Assembly: GCA_016782445.1 (NCBI GenBank)
Contig: JADHYM010000001.1
Coordinates: forward strand, 10,212 to 74,211
DNA: 64,000 nt
Direction of reading: 5' to 3'
DNA from: Candidatus Omnitrophota bacterium
GTDB taxonomy: Bacteria; Omnitrophota; Gorgyraeia; JABMRN01; RBG-13-46-9
Position numbers and translations under genes: made by a program. Of this stretch, positions 20,823 to 28,959 are shown piece by piece. Under the pieces are notes generated by a model. It saw only the letters and a program-made list of their open reading frames with translations. It ran no database searches and was not told the origin of the DNA. Positions within the stretch are counted from its first letter, which is position 1. Each line of letters opens with the position of its first letter.

Positions 20823-22025
20823 TTATTCATACCGTATCGCTTCCACCGGATCGAGCCTCGAGGCCTTCCATGCAGGATAAAGACTCGCCAGAACCGTCAG
20901 AAGAAGAGAAAATCCTATTATCGCGATCACGTCGGCCCGCACTATTCTTACCGGGATATCGTTCAAATAATATATGTCGCTCGGAAAAAGCTCAAAGCCG
21001 GTTATGCCTTCCACGAATGAGGCTATCGTGTTTATGTTCTTCGCTATGAGCACACCTATAGCGCTCCCGAATAATGCGCCAAGGGCGCCTATCGTAAATC
21101 CGAGAAAGATAAATATTGCCATCACGTCACCCGCCTTCGCGCCTATCGCGCGGAGTATGCCGATATCCTTCGTTTTTTCAAGAACCTGCATTATGAGAGA
21201 ACTGGCGATATTGAAGCACGCCACCATTATGATGAGCGCGAGGATTATGAACATGATCTTTTTCTCAAGCGCCAGCGCCTTCACCAGGTTCTTGTCGAGG
21301 TCCATCCAGCTCCTTACCATGAACGGGTAGCGGAATTCCTTCTGAAGCTCGCGTTTTATGCTACGCGTATTGAATTCGTTGTCGAGTTTCATGCCTATCC
21401 CGGATACAGAGTCCGTATTAAAAAGCTCCTGCGCCTTATCGAGGCTTATAAAAAGAAGGTTCGCGTCGTAATCATACCTGCCCGAAGTGAATGTATCGAC
21501 TATGGTAAACTTTTTTTGCTTTCTCGTCTGCGGGGAAACGAGCGTTATGGAGTCGCCCTTCCTTGCGCCCAGCTCCTTTAAAAGCTCTCCCCCGAGTATG
21601 GCGCCTTCATCTCCGAATTCTAAAACGCCTTTATTCACGTATGCCCCGACGTTACTCACGGCCGGCTCTTTTTTTTCATCCAGGCCGCGGACCATAACGC
21701 CTGTTATCGCGTCCTCATATTTTAAGAATACCTGCTCATCCATGAAGGGGGCGCTGGCAACGACGTGAGGGTTGCGGGAAAGCCTCTCTTCTGCGGCGCG
21801 TTCATCAGCTATGCCTCCTTCGCGTAACAGAATCATATGAGAGTACGTACCTATTATTTTATCCTTTATCTCGATGTCAAATCCTGTCATTATGGATATC
21901 ACTACTATGAGGGCAGCCACACCGACTATGACGCCGAGTATTGATATAAGGCTTACTATCGAGATGAATCTCTCTTGGCTGCGCCTCGTTAAGTATCTGA
22001 ACGCGACGAATATTCTCCAGTTCAT
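20823..22025 (-). CDS. lipoprotein-releasing system permease (LolC/LolE, FtsX-like)
   Basis: N-terminal TM helix, a large periplasmic domain and a C-terminal FtsX 3-TM module; 400 aa. Confidence 0.75.
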   Translation of the reverse strand: MNWRIFVAFRYLTRRSQERFISIVSLISILGVIVGVAALIVVISIMTGFDIEIKDKIIGTYSHMILLREGGIADERAAEERLSRNPHVVASAPFMDEQVFLKYEDAITGVMVRGLDEKKEPAVSNVGAYVNKGVLEFGDEGAILGGELLKELGARKGDSITLVSPQTRKQKKFTIVDTFTSGRYDYDANLLFISLDKAQELFNTDSVSGIGMKLDNEFNTRSIKRELQKEFRYPFMVRSWMDLDKNLVKALALEKKIMFIILALIIMVACFNIASSLIMQVLEKTKDIGILRAIGAKAGDVMAIFIFLGFTIGALGALFGSAIGVLIAKNINTIASFVEGITGFELFPSDIYYLNDIPVRIVRADVIAIIGFSLLLTVLASLYPAWKASRLDPVEAIRYE

Positions 22026-23440
22026 TTCTCCTCTTTAAGTTGCGGAAACAATATGACTTCGCGTATATTTGCCGAATTCGTCAATATCATGATGAGCCTA
22101 TCGATTCCGATTCCGAGGCCACCTGCCGGCGGCATGCCGTATTCGAGGGCGCGCAGGAAATCCTCGTCTATATCGCCGCCCGCTTCCTCGAATCTCTTTC
22201 TCTGGTCTATCGGGTCATTGAGCTCCGAATAGGCGTTCGCAATCTCCATGCCGCCCATGTAAAGCTCAAACCTGTCTGTAAGATTTGGGTTATCATATTT
22301 CCGCTTCGCCAGGGGGCAAAGCTCCTTGAACATGTCCACCACGAATACGGGGTGATTGCCGGCTTTCGGCTCTATAAGCTCACCTACGATATTAATAAGC
22401 TGCGTCCTCGAAAGTTCTTCCTTCTCGAGTTTTATACCCTTGGCCTTTATCTTTTTTACCCACACGCTTTCTTTTTCATCCGGCCTTATATCGAAATTGT
22501 CCTTCATGAGTTCGGCGAATGATACCTTCTCCCATTTCGTAAGATCAATAGTTTTTCCCTGGTATTCAAACTTCTCGCTTCCCAGAACCTCTTTTGCCAA
22601 GCCCCTTATAAGTTCCTCTACGAGCTTCATCATGCCCTTACAGTCAGAATAAGCCTCGTAAGCCTCTAGCATGGTAAACTCCGGGTTGTGACGCGTAGAA
22701 ATCCCCTCGTTCCTGAAAGAGCGATTTATTTCATACACCTTTTCAAAGCCTCCGACCAGCAGCTTTTTAAGGTAAAGCTCCGGAGCGATCCGGAGGTACA
22801 GGTCCCTGTGTAAAACCTCGTGGTGAGTTTTAAAAGGCTTGCCTGCGGCTCCGCCCGGTATGGGATGCATCATCGGGGTCTCGACCTCCAGGAATCCTTT
22901 TCGGTCCAGCGTATTTCGTATCGTGCGTATCAGAAGGCTCCGGGTTTTGAATATTTTTTTCGCCTCTTCGTTTACAATAAGGTCGACGTAACGCTGCCTG
23001 TAGCGGGTTTCCACGTCCTTCAGGCCGTGCCATTTTTCAGGTAAGGGACGGAGCGACTTTGAAAGGAGCGTAATATCCGAAAGCTTCAATGTAAGCTCGC
23101 CTGTCCGGGTTTTCATGAGTTCGCCTTTTACGCCCACGATGTCGCCTATATCCAGCATTTTCAGGAACTCGAACTTTTCGTCGTTTAAGACGCCCTTACC
23201 GCCATAAAGCTGTATCTTACCCGTTGAATCGCAGAGATCAAAGAAATTCGATTTTCCGTGAGCGCGGACAGCCATTAAGCGGCCCGCAAGGGAGGCGATT
23301 TTGCCTTCTTCAAAGCTTTCACGCAAGGCCGCTATAGTATCGCTCGCTTCGTATTTTGCGCCGAATGGGTATATACCGAGGGCCTCTATTTTCTTTAGTT
23401 TCTCGCGTTTTTGTTTTTCTATATCGTTTAAATGGCTCAT
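22022..23440 (-). CDS. lysS: lysyl-tRNA synthetase, class II
   Basis: Anticodon-binding OB fold followed by the class II motifs 1-3. Confidence 0.95.
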   Translation of the reverse strand: MSHLNDIEKQKREKLKKIEALGIYPFGAKYEASDTIAALRESFEEGKIASLAGRLMAVRAHGKSNFFDLCDSTGKIQLYGGKGVLNDEKFEFLKMLDIGDIVGVKGELMKTRTGELTLKLSDITLLSKSLRPLPEKWHGLKDVETRYRQRYVDLIVNEEAKKIFKTRSLLIRTIRNTLDRKGFLEVETPMMHPIPGGAAGKPFKTHHEVLHRDLYLRIAPELYLKKLLVGGFEKVYEINRSFRNEGISTRHNPEFTMLEAYEAYSDCKGMMKLVEELIRGLAKEVLGSEKFEYQGKTIDLTKWEKVSFAELMKDNFDIRPDEKESVWVKKIKAKGIKLEKEELSRTQLINIVGELIEPKAGNHPVFVVDMFKELCPLAKRKYDNPNLTDRFELYMGGMEIANAYSELNDPIDQRKRFEEAGGDIDEDFLRALEYGMPPAGGLGIGIDRLIMILTNSANIREVILFPQLKEEK

Positions 23441-23564
23441 TTTCCCTTCTTACAGCTTATAGCTAGTTATACAATTATATATAACGTTTACTATTATGTC
23501 AAATATAATGAGTATATATTATTATTATATTGACACAACATATTATTTCTACTACACTTACAAT

Positions 23565-24290
23565 ATGCTAAAAAAACGCAAAAAAGGCATTGTAACTATA
23601 GCCTTCGATGACGCCTATCTCGCTACCTATAAAAACGCTGTGCGACACCTGACAAAATTGAAGCTCGGCTCCACCATTGCAGTAGCGGCTGATTTAATAG
23701 GTAAAACCTGTGAGAAGCGCCCTGTCATGTCGAAAATAAACCTGAAGGCCGCCATGCACGCTGGGCACGAAATAGCCTCGCACGGCCTGGCGCATGCAAA
23801 CCTAAGAAAGCTGGCTACAAAAAACAAAAAGGCATCTTTAATGGAAATATCCGGATCAAAAAAGAAGCTCGCACGCATCATCGGCTCTCCGGTTACGTCT
23901 TTTGTTTTTCCGTATATAGAAAAAAATAGGACCCGAGCTCTCCGCCTTGAGGCAAGAAAATACTATAAATATATTCGTATCACCTCAAAAAAGCCTTACT
24001 TCGAAAGTGCTACCTTTATGGATCCACGCGAACTTATAGGTTTCGCGGTAAGAAAGAGGCATTCGGTCAAATTTCTGAACAGGTTGGTCGATTACGCGGC
24101 AAAGGAAGGTTTTTGGATTATTGAGGTATTCCACCTTGTCGGAAAACGCAATACGCTAAGCGCCCACCGGAAAAAGTCCTATAGGTTCTTTATGCACATA
24201 AAAGACTTTAAAAAACATCTCGCGCACATACGCTCCAAAAACATCCGCGTTCTCACCATGCGCGCCGCCGTCAAAAAACTAAAAATTTAA
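23565..24290 (+). CDS. polysaccharide deacetylase family protein (NodB homology domain)
   Basis: TIAFDDAY (NodB motif 1) and SHGLAH (motif 2). Lys-rich and embedded in AT-rich sequence. Start set at the internal Met (MLKKRKK) rather than the ORF-track start at 23496. Confidence 0.7.
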   Translation: MLKKRKKGIVTIAFDDAYLATYKNAVRHLTKLKLGSTIAVAADLIGKTCEKRPVMSKINLKAAMHAGHEIASHGLAHANLRKLATKNKKASLMEISGSKKKLARIIGSPVTSFVFPYIEKNRTRALRLEARKYYKYIRITSKKPYFESATFMDPRELIGFAVRKRHSVKFLNRLVDYAAKEGFWIIEVFHLVGKRNTLSAHRKKSYRFFMHIKDFKKHLAHIRSKNIRVLTMRAAVKKLKI

Positions 24291-24310
24291 CCCCGTACCC
24301 TGTTATATCC

Positions 24311-24348
24311 ACAATAGTAGGGGAGGCTTAAGCCTCCCCTACTATTGT
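24311..24348. terminator. perfect 38-bp palindrome between convergent genes (deacetylase and ORF6N)
   Basis: ACAATAGTAGGGGAGGCTTAAGCCTCCCCTACTATTGT is a perfect inverted repeat with no U-tract. Confidence 0.5.
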
Positions 24349-24851
24349 TACTTATCCTGCCGAAAGCCGATGCGGCGCTTCGGCTTTTCAGGAGACGCTA
24401 TAAGCTCCCGTATCGCGTCGAAAACAACTTTGAATTGGCGGTTATATTTTTTCTCCATAGTTTCAATTTTTTTCCTTAGGCTCCTATGAGCAAGCAACAT
24501 CTTTCTCAGCTTAGTAAACGTTCTCATAATTTGGATATTAACCAGAATCGCTCTCCTGCTATTTAGCACAGAAGAAAGCATGGCTACTCCTTGCTACGTA
24601 AAAGCGTAAGGCAATTTTCTTGTGCCACCCCATCTTGATGTCACATTCTGTGATATCAAAATATCGAATTCTCCTTTATTTAGCTGAATCATGAAATCTG
24701 CAGGGAATCTCTCTATATTTCTCTTTACTGCCTGAATCAAGGCTCTTGTTTCAACATGGTAGAGCCCTGCCAGATCTCGATCCATTATCACCTTCTCGCC
24801 CCTTATGAGAAGTATCTTATTTTCTATTCTTTCAGCTGGCACTAAATTCAT
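24348..24851 (-). pseudogene. ORF6N-domain protein interrupted by an in-frame TAG (amber) codon at 24594-24596
   Basis: The two adjacent ORFs (24594..24851 and 24348..24581) are in the same frame and read ...[38 protein letters not shown].... The TAG occupies the position that, from my recollection of ORF6N-family homologues, is normally a Glu in ...LPYAFTEQGVAMLSSVL... Confidence 0.7.
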
Positions 24852-24872
24852 TTTGTCCCTCCTTATCTTTTA

Positions 24873-26411
24873 TTACATCATCCAAAAATCCCGATCCAAA
24901 CTCCTGTATGAAATCGCCTCGCTGATATGCGAGGCCTCAATGGTTTCTTTTTCTTCAAGGTCCGCTATCGTCCTGGATACTTTTAATATCTTGTCATACG
25001 CGCGCGCCGAGATGCCGAGCTCGAGAATTGCCATCTTGAGAAGCTCTTCAGCGTCTTTTTCGAGGTTACAGTGATTTTCCAGTTCTTTTGATTCGAGATA
25101 CGCGTTGAAAAGCAGGGCACCTCCCTTATATCGCGCTTTTTGTCTTTTTCTCGCTTTGTTTACGCGTTCTCGTATCTTCTCGGACGGATCGCCTTTTCTC
25201 CTGCCGGATAGCTCTCCGTAATTAAGTCGCGGGACATTCAGGTGTATGTCGATCCTATCGAGAAGCGGGCCTGATATTTTCGAAAGGTACCTCTGTATCT
25301 GATAAGCCGTGCAGTGGCATTCTTTTTTTGGGTCTGTAAAATATCCACAGGGACAGGGGTTCATCGCAGTTATCAGCATGAACCTCGACGGGTAAACATT
25401 GTTTCCCTGAATTCTTGAAATCCTTATCTCGCCGTCCTCGATCGGCTGCCTTAAAAGTTCCAGGACGTTCCGCTTAAATTCCGGCAGCTCGTCCAGGAAC
25501 AAAATGCCGTTATGCGCCAGGCTTATCTCGCCGGGCATAGGCATAGTGCCACCGCCCACAAGCGCCGCATCGGAAATAGTGTGGTGCGGATCCCTGAACG
25601 GCCTTGTTCTTACGAGCCCTTTATTCGGCGAGAGAAGCCCCGCAACGCTATGTATTTTGGAAGCCTCCAGTATTTCTTCCGTTGTCATTTCCGAAAGAAT
25701 CGTTGGCATTCTTTTTGCAAGCATACTTTTTCCCGACCCGGGCGGACCTATGAGGAGCGCGTTGTGGGACCCTGCCGCAGCAACCTCGAGGCCGCGCTTG
25801 ACATGCTCCTGCCCCTTGACATCGCTAAAATCAGTTCTGTGTTTTTCTTTATGCGTTACTTTCGAAGACATATTTCTGTTAAGGGATTTTGATTTTAGGA
25901 CCCCATTCGAAAAATCCACAACATCTCTTAGGCACTCAAATGCATAGATTTTTACGCCGGTTACGTGCATAACCTCCGCGAGATTCCTTTTAGGAAGCAT
26001 TATTTTCCCGACGCCCTTTTCTTTTAACCCCACGCACATGGGAAGGGCTCCTCTTACCTCTTTAAGTTTGCCGTCAAGCGAAAGTTCCCCGACCGCAGCG
26101 AACTCAAAAAGCCTATCCTGCGATATCGAGCCCTTCGCGCACAACAAGGAAAGCGCGATAGGAAGGTCAAAGCCCGAGCCCTCTTTTTTTACATTTGCCG
26201 GAGCGAGGTTTACGGTAATCTTCCCCTTGGGGAACTCGTATTTTGAATTTTTGATAGCGAACTTTATTCTGTCCCTGGATTCTCTTATGGCCGTATCCGG
26301 AAGCCCGATTATATTAAAAGCCGGCAACGCCCCTCCTGTTATGTCCACCTCTACCTCAATCTTGTACGCGTCTATGCCAATTACGCTTGCCGATAACGAT
26401 TTCGCAATCAT
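24873..26411 (-). CDS. comM: YifB/ComM family Mg-chelatase-like AAA+ ATPase
   Basis: N-terminal Lon-like/ChlI domain, AAA+ P-loop GPPGSGKSM, C-terminal ComM/YifB domain. Confidence 0.9.
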   Translation of the reverse strand: MIAKSLSASVIGIDAYKIEVEVDITGGALPAFNIIGLPDTAIRESRDRIKFAIKNSKYEFPKGKITVNLAPANVKKEGSGFDLPIALSLLCAKGSISQDRLFEFAAVGELSLDGKLKEVRGALPMCVGLKEKGVGKIMLPKRNLAEVMHVTGVKIYAFECLRDVVDFSNGVLKSKSLNRNMSSKVTHKEKHRTDFSDVKGQEHVKRGLEVAAAGSHNALLIGPPGSGKSMLAKRMPTILSEMTTEEILEASKIHSVAGLLSPNKGLVRTRPFRDPHHTISDAALVGGGTMPMPGEISLAHNGILFLDELPEFKRNVLELLRQPIEDGEIRISRIQGNNVYPSRFMLITAMNPCPCGYFTDPKKECHCTAYQIQRYLSKISGPLLDRIDIHLNVPRLNYGELSGRRKGDPSEKIRERVNKARKRQKARYKGGALLFNAYLESKELENHCNLEKDAEELLKMAILELGISARAYDKILKVSRTIADLEEKETIEASHISEAISYRSLDRDFWMM

Positions 26412-26426
26412 GTTTGCCTCTCTTTT

Positions 26427-26810
26427 CTATTCCTCGATAACGTTTTCGAAATGTTCTATTTTTTTTACGCTTCCCGACGCTCTGTAAAGCTCGACAGATA
26501 TAACGTCGATCTGCCACAGCGCTCCATCTATCCCTTGCATATCGCAATACACGAACGCGCACTGCACAAGTTTACGCTTTTTTTTCCGTGTTATTAAATT
26601 ATGGGGCGGCCCAAAATTCCCCTCGCGCCTGGTTTTTACCTCGGCAAAAATAAGTATTTTTTGCTTTCGGGCAACAATATCTATTTCTCCTAAATATGTC
26701 TTCACGTTCCGCCCGATAATTTCGTAGCCTCTGGCGCGGAGGAACCGCGCCGCGTGGCCCTCCCCGAGGTTCCCTACGGCGCGGTTTCCGGAAGCACTTC
26801 GCCTATTCGG
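26427..26810 (-). CDS. YraN family (UPF0102) endonuclease
   Basis: GEGHAARFLRARGYEIIGRNVK...EIDIVA...FAEVKTR motif; the common comM-yraN neighbourhood. Confidence 0.8.
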   Translation of the reverse strand, partial: PNRRSASGNRAVGNLGEGHAARFLRARGYEIIGRNVKTYLGEIDIVARKQKILIFAEVKTRREGNFGPPHNLITRKKKRKLVQCAFVYCDMQGIDGALWQIDVISVELYRASGSVKKIEHFENVIEE

Positions 26811-27093
26811 CATTATGCTTATAAGCATCGAGCATAACCTCTTTCAGGTATTCTGCCAGCTCTTTCGTGGCAGGGGTAAAAATATTGTACCACTTGCCGT
26901 TAGAGCCCTTTTGTTGCGGCATGCCGATAAAAAGGCCCTTCTCGCCCTCGACAACTCTGAACCCCTTGACGAAGAAAAGATCTCCGAACACAAGGTCGCA
27001 GAAAGCCTTGAGCTTGCTTCCATTTTCGAGCCTCGACATCCTGTCTACCTTTACGTTAAGCACCTCGTTCATTTCATACCTCCTCTTTTTCAC
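26803..27093 (-). CDS. spoVG: septation protein SpoVG
   Basis: 96 aa with GLFIGMPQQKGSNGKWYNIFTPATKE, a typical SpoVG core. Confidence 0.85.
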   Translation of the reverse strand: MKKRRYEMNEVLNVKVDRMSRLENGSKLKAFCDLVFGDLFFVKGFRVVEGEKGLFIGMPQQKGSNGKWYNIFTPATKELAEYLKEVMLDAYKHNAE

Positions 27094-27137
27094 GAGTTAC
27101 CCTTGCTTTACGCGGCTCAACTCAAGCCGCGCCCCTC

Positions 27138-27180
27138 ATATATAAGACACGCGAGGTAGCGTTTTGCTGCATTATTTTTT
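27138..27180 (-). promoter_or_regulatory. 43-bp conserved motif upstream of spoVG (copy 1)
   Basis: ATATATAAGACACGCGAGGTAGCGTTTTGCTGCATTATTTTTT on the plus strand; matches 38 of 43 positions with the copy at 27823-27865. Confidence 0.6.
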
Positions 27181-27227
27181 TAAATTTTTCCGGAATTCGG
27201 GCAAAATAAGAAGGGTTCTCGTCGGTA

Positions 27228-27266
27228 AAGCAAAAAAGAGCCGGTTTTCAAAAAACCGGCTCTTTT
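27228..27266. terminator. rho-independent terminator hairpin with flanking T/A runs (bidirectional)
   Basis: AAAAAAGAGCCGGTTTTCAAAAAACCGGCTCTTTTTTT; lies downstream of the anti-sigma gene. Confidence 0.75.
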
Positions 27267-27300
27267 TTTAAAAATGAAAGGCTAAAAAGCTCTTAGCGGC

Positions 27301-27795
27301 CTAGCGGGTCTTGAAGTTCCGAAGAATTCTGGAGGCCTCTTTTTCTCCGCCTTTTTGCCAGGCGTCATATATCATGATAAGCATGCGGGCATTCGTGGTA
27401 TCAAAAATCCACTTGGCGCCCATGAGAATTGCGGCAACTAAAAACTGCGCAAAGTAACCCGTCTTGAAAAACGATAGCGCAAACGCTATAATCGTTCCTA
27501 TAAGCCATATATGTTTTTTCCAGTTAGCTTTCATTTTTTTCTCCCTGCCTGCCGGCAGGCAGGCTTTTATCTTCTTGTATTCATCTACTGTCTGGTATGC
27601 GAATACAAGCGCGTCCATGCACTCGCCGCACCCTGCTAAATGCTGCTCGATTCGTTCCCTGCTTTCCCGGGAAACTTTTCCATTTAAGTAATCGTTTAAA
27701 ACTACTTCATTTATACACGTATTTGTTTTTACCATATTTTTCCCTTCGATATTTTTCTCACGCAATCGATCAACGCCTGACGTTTCGCCCGACAC
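27301..27795 (-). CDS. putative membrane-bound anti-sigma factor (zf-HC2 type)
   Basis: H..GCGEC zinc-finger anti-sigma motif, then one TM helix; immediately downstream of the ECF sigma gene. The ORF includes an in-frame copy of the GCCTGCCTGCCGGCAGGCAGGC palindrome, so it may be two fused ORFs. Confidence 0.55.
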   Translation of the reverse strand: MSGETSGVDRLREKNIEGKNMVKTNTCINEVVLNDYLNGKVSRESRERIEQHLAGCGECMDALVFAYQTVDEYKKIKACLPAGREKKMKANWKKHIWLIGTIIAFALSFFKTGYFAQFLVAAILMGAKWIFDTTNARMLIMIYDAWQKGGEKEASRILRNFKTR

Positions 27796-27822
27796 AACCG
27801 CAACCGATCAACGCCCCCCCCT

Positions 27823-27865
27823 ATATATAAGACACGCGAAATGCTGTTTTGCTGCATTATTTTTT
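27823..27865 (-). promoter_or_regulatory. 43-bp conserved motif between the ECF sigma gene and the anti-sigma gene (copy 2)
   Basis: ATATATAAGACACGCGAAATGCTGTTTTGCTGCATTATTTTTT on the plus strand; overlaps the last codons and stop of the sigma gene, and lies 27 nt upstream of the anti-sigma ORF. Confidence 0.6.
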
Positions 27866-28432
27866 CATTTTCTTCCGCATCCGGGCAATGATCGAGGACG
27901 CTGTCCCGACGGGAACGCGGATAATTTTCGCTATCTCTTTGAGTGAAAGATTTTTTTTAAAATATAATTTGAATAAGAGCTTTTCTCTTGAAGATAGCCC
28001 CCTGTATAAGTCTTTTATCTCGGCTTTTAAATCTCCTTCCGGCGCCACGCTGGCTCGCGCTGTATCTTCCTTTTTCAAATTATCAAAGTAAGATTCTTCT
28101 CCGATAAGTATTTCATTTTTTTTCGACCGCATATGATTCACGGAAGCGTTTCTTGCCATAACAGTGAGCCAGTAATCAATGCTATCTCTTTCTCTTATCT
28201 CTTCGAGCTTATTGTCGATCCAAAGCCCGGCAACGATCTCCTGTTTTATGTCCTTAATATCTTCTTCGCGAATATGGGGCCTCAACGAATACTGCGTGAG
28301 CGCCTTTTGTATCGCAAAAACTATGAGCCCTGAATATCTGGCAATGAACTCCGCCCACGCGACTGCGTCACGCGAAATACATTTATCGATCAACTCCGCC
28401 GTGCAGAGACCCCCGTACTTCATTACCTCCAC
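27857..28432 (-). CDS. RNA polymerase sigma-70 factor, ECF subfamily
   Basis: Region 2 followed by a region 4 helix-turn-helix (LSLKEIAKIIRVPVGTASSIIARMRKKM); about 190 aa. Confidence 0.8.
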   Translation of the reverse strand: MEVMKYGGLCTAELIDKCISRDAVAWAEFIARYSGLIVFAIQKALTQYSLRPHIREEDIKDIKQEIVAGLWIDNKLEEIRERDSIDYWLTVMARNASVNHMRSKKNEILIGEESYFDNLKKEDTARASVAPEGDLKAEIKDLYRGLSSREKLLFKLYFKKNLSLKEIAKIIRVPVGTASSIIARMRKKMKK

Positions 28433-28959
28433 AAGCCTTTGTTGTTTTCCCGAGCTTCACGCTGGAGCCGCAGGAATTTATCTATGTATTTCACGTTCGG
28501 CGGAAACGTGTAAACTTGAGCGTACCCCTCTCGCAGGAGCTCGGCGTTCAGCATTCTGCCGTCCGGAAGATAGACGTATGCGAGGAGCCTGCCGTAGCGG
28601 TCGCGGCGCTCAACGTCAAATTCAAGCCGCACCCTTTTACCCTCGACAAGCATCTTCGTGAAATCAGAGGCTTTTTTGCCCATTGCAATAATAGTAGCGG
28701 CATCTCGTCCGGAGCTCTTCATGTCGCGGGCGAGCTTAGCGTTATATCGTGACTCGGGCGTGTCTATGCCTACAAGGCGCACTCTTTCCCTATCAGCAAG
28801 CTCGATTGTATCGCCGTCTATCGCTCTTGTTACCAGGATATCGTTGTAATCATGTAGGCCCGCCGAGCAGGCTGAAAGAAACATGGGTAGCAAAAGGACA
28901 AGCGCGCCGAGGAGTCTTGCGACACGCTTCTTTCGTCTTGTAGTTTTTTTCCCTCTCAT
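28423..28959 (-). CDS. thermonuclease family (SNase-like) lipoprotein
   Basis: Signal peptide with a lipobox (LLPMFLSAC) and SNase motifs (RLVGIDTPE, YGRLLAYVY). Start set at MRGKK immediately after the lnt stop. Confidence 0.75.
   Translation of the reverse strand: MRGKKTTRRKKRVARLLGALVLLLPMFLSACSAGLHDYNDILVTRAIDGDTIELADRERVRLVGIDTPESRYNAKLARDMKSSGRDAATIIAMGKKASDFTKMLVEGKRVRLEFDVERRDRYGRLLAYVYLPDGRMLNAELLREGYAQVYTFPPNVKYIDKFLRLQREARENNKGLWR

Noticed and set aside
24594-24596. Genome-wide reassignment of UAG as a sense codon (to explain the in-frame TAG in the ORF6N gene)
   Set aside because: TAG is used as a genuine stop elsewhere in the window (thiL at 1400-1402, folC at 58663-58665, and the LAGLIDADG ORF), so a nonsense mutation or pseudogene is the simpler reading.
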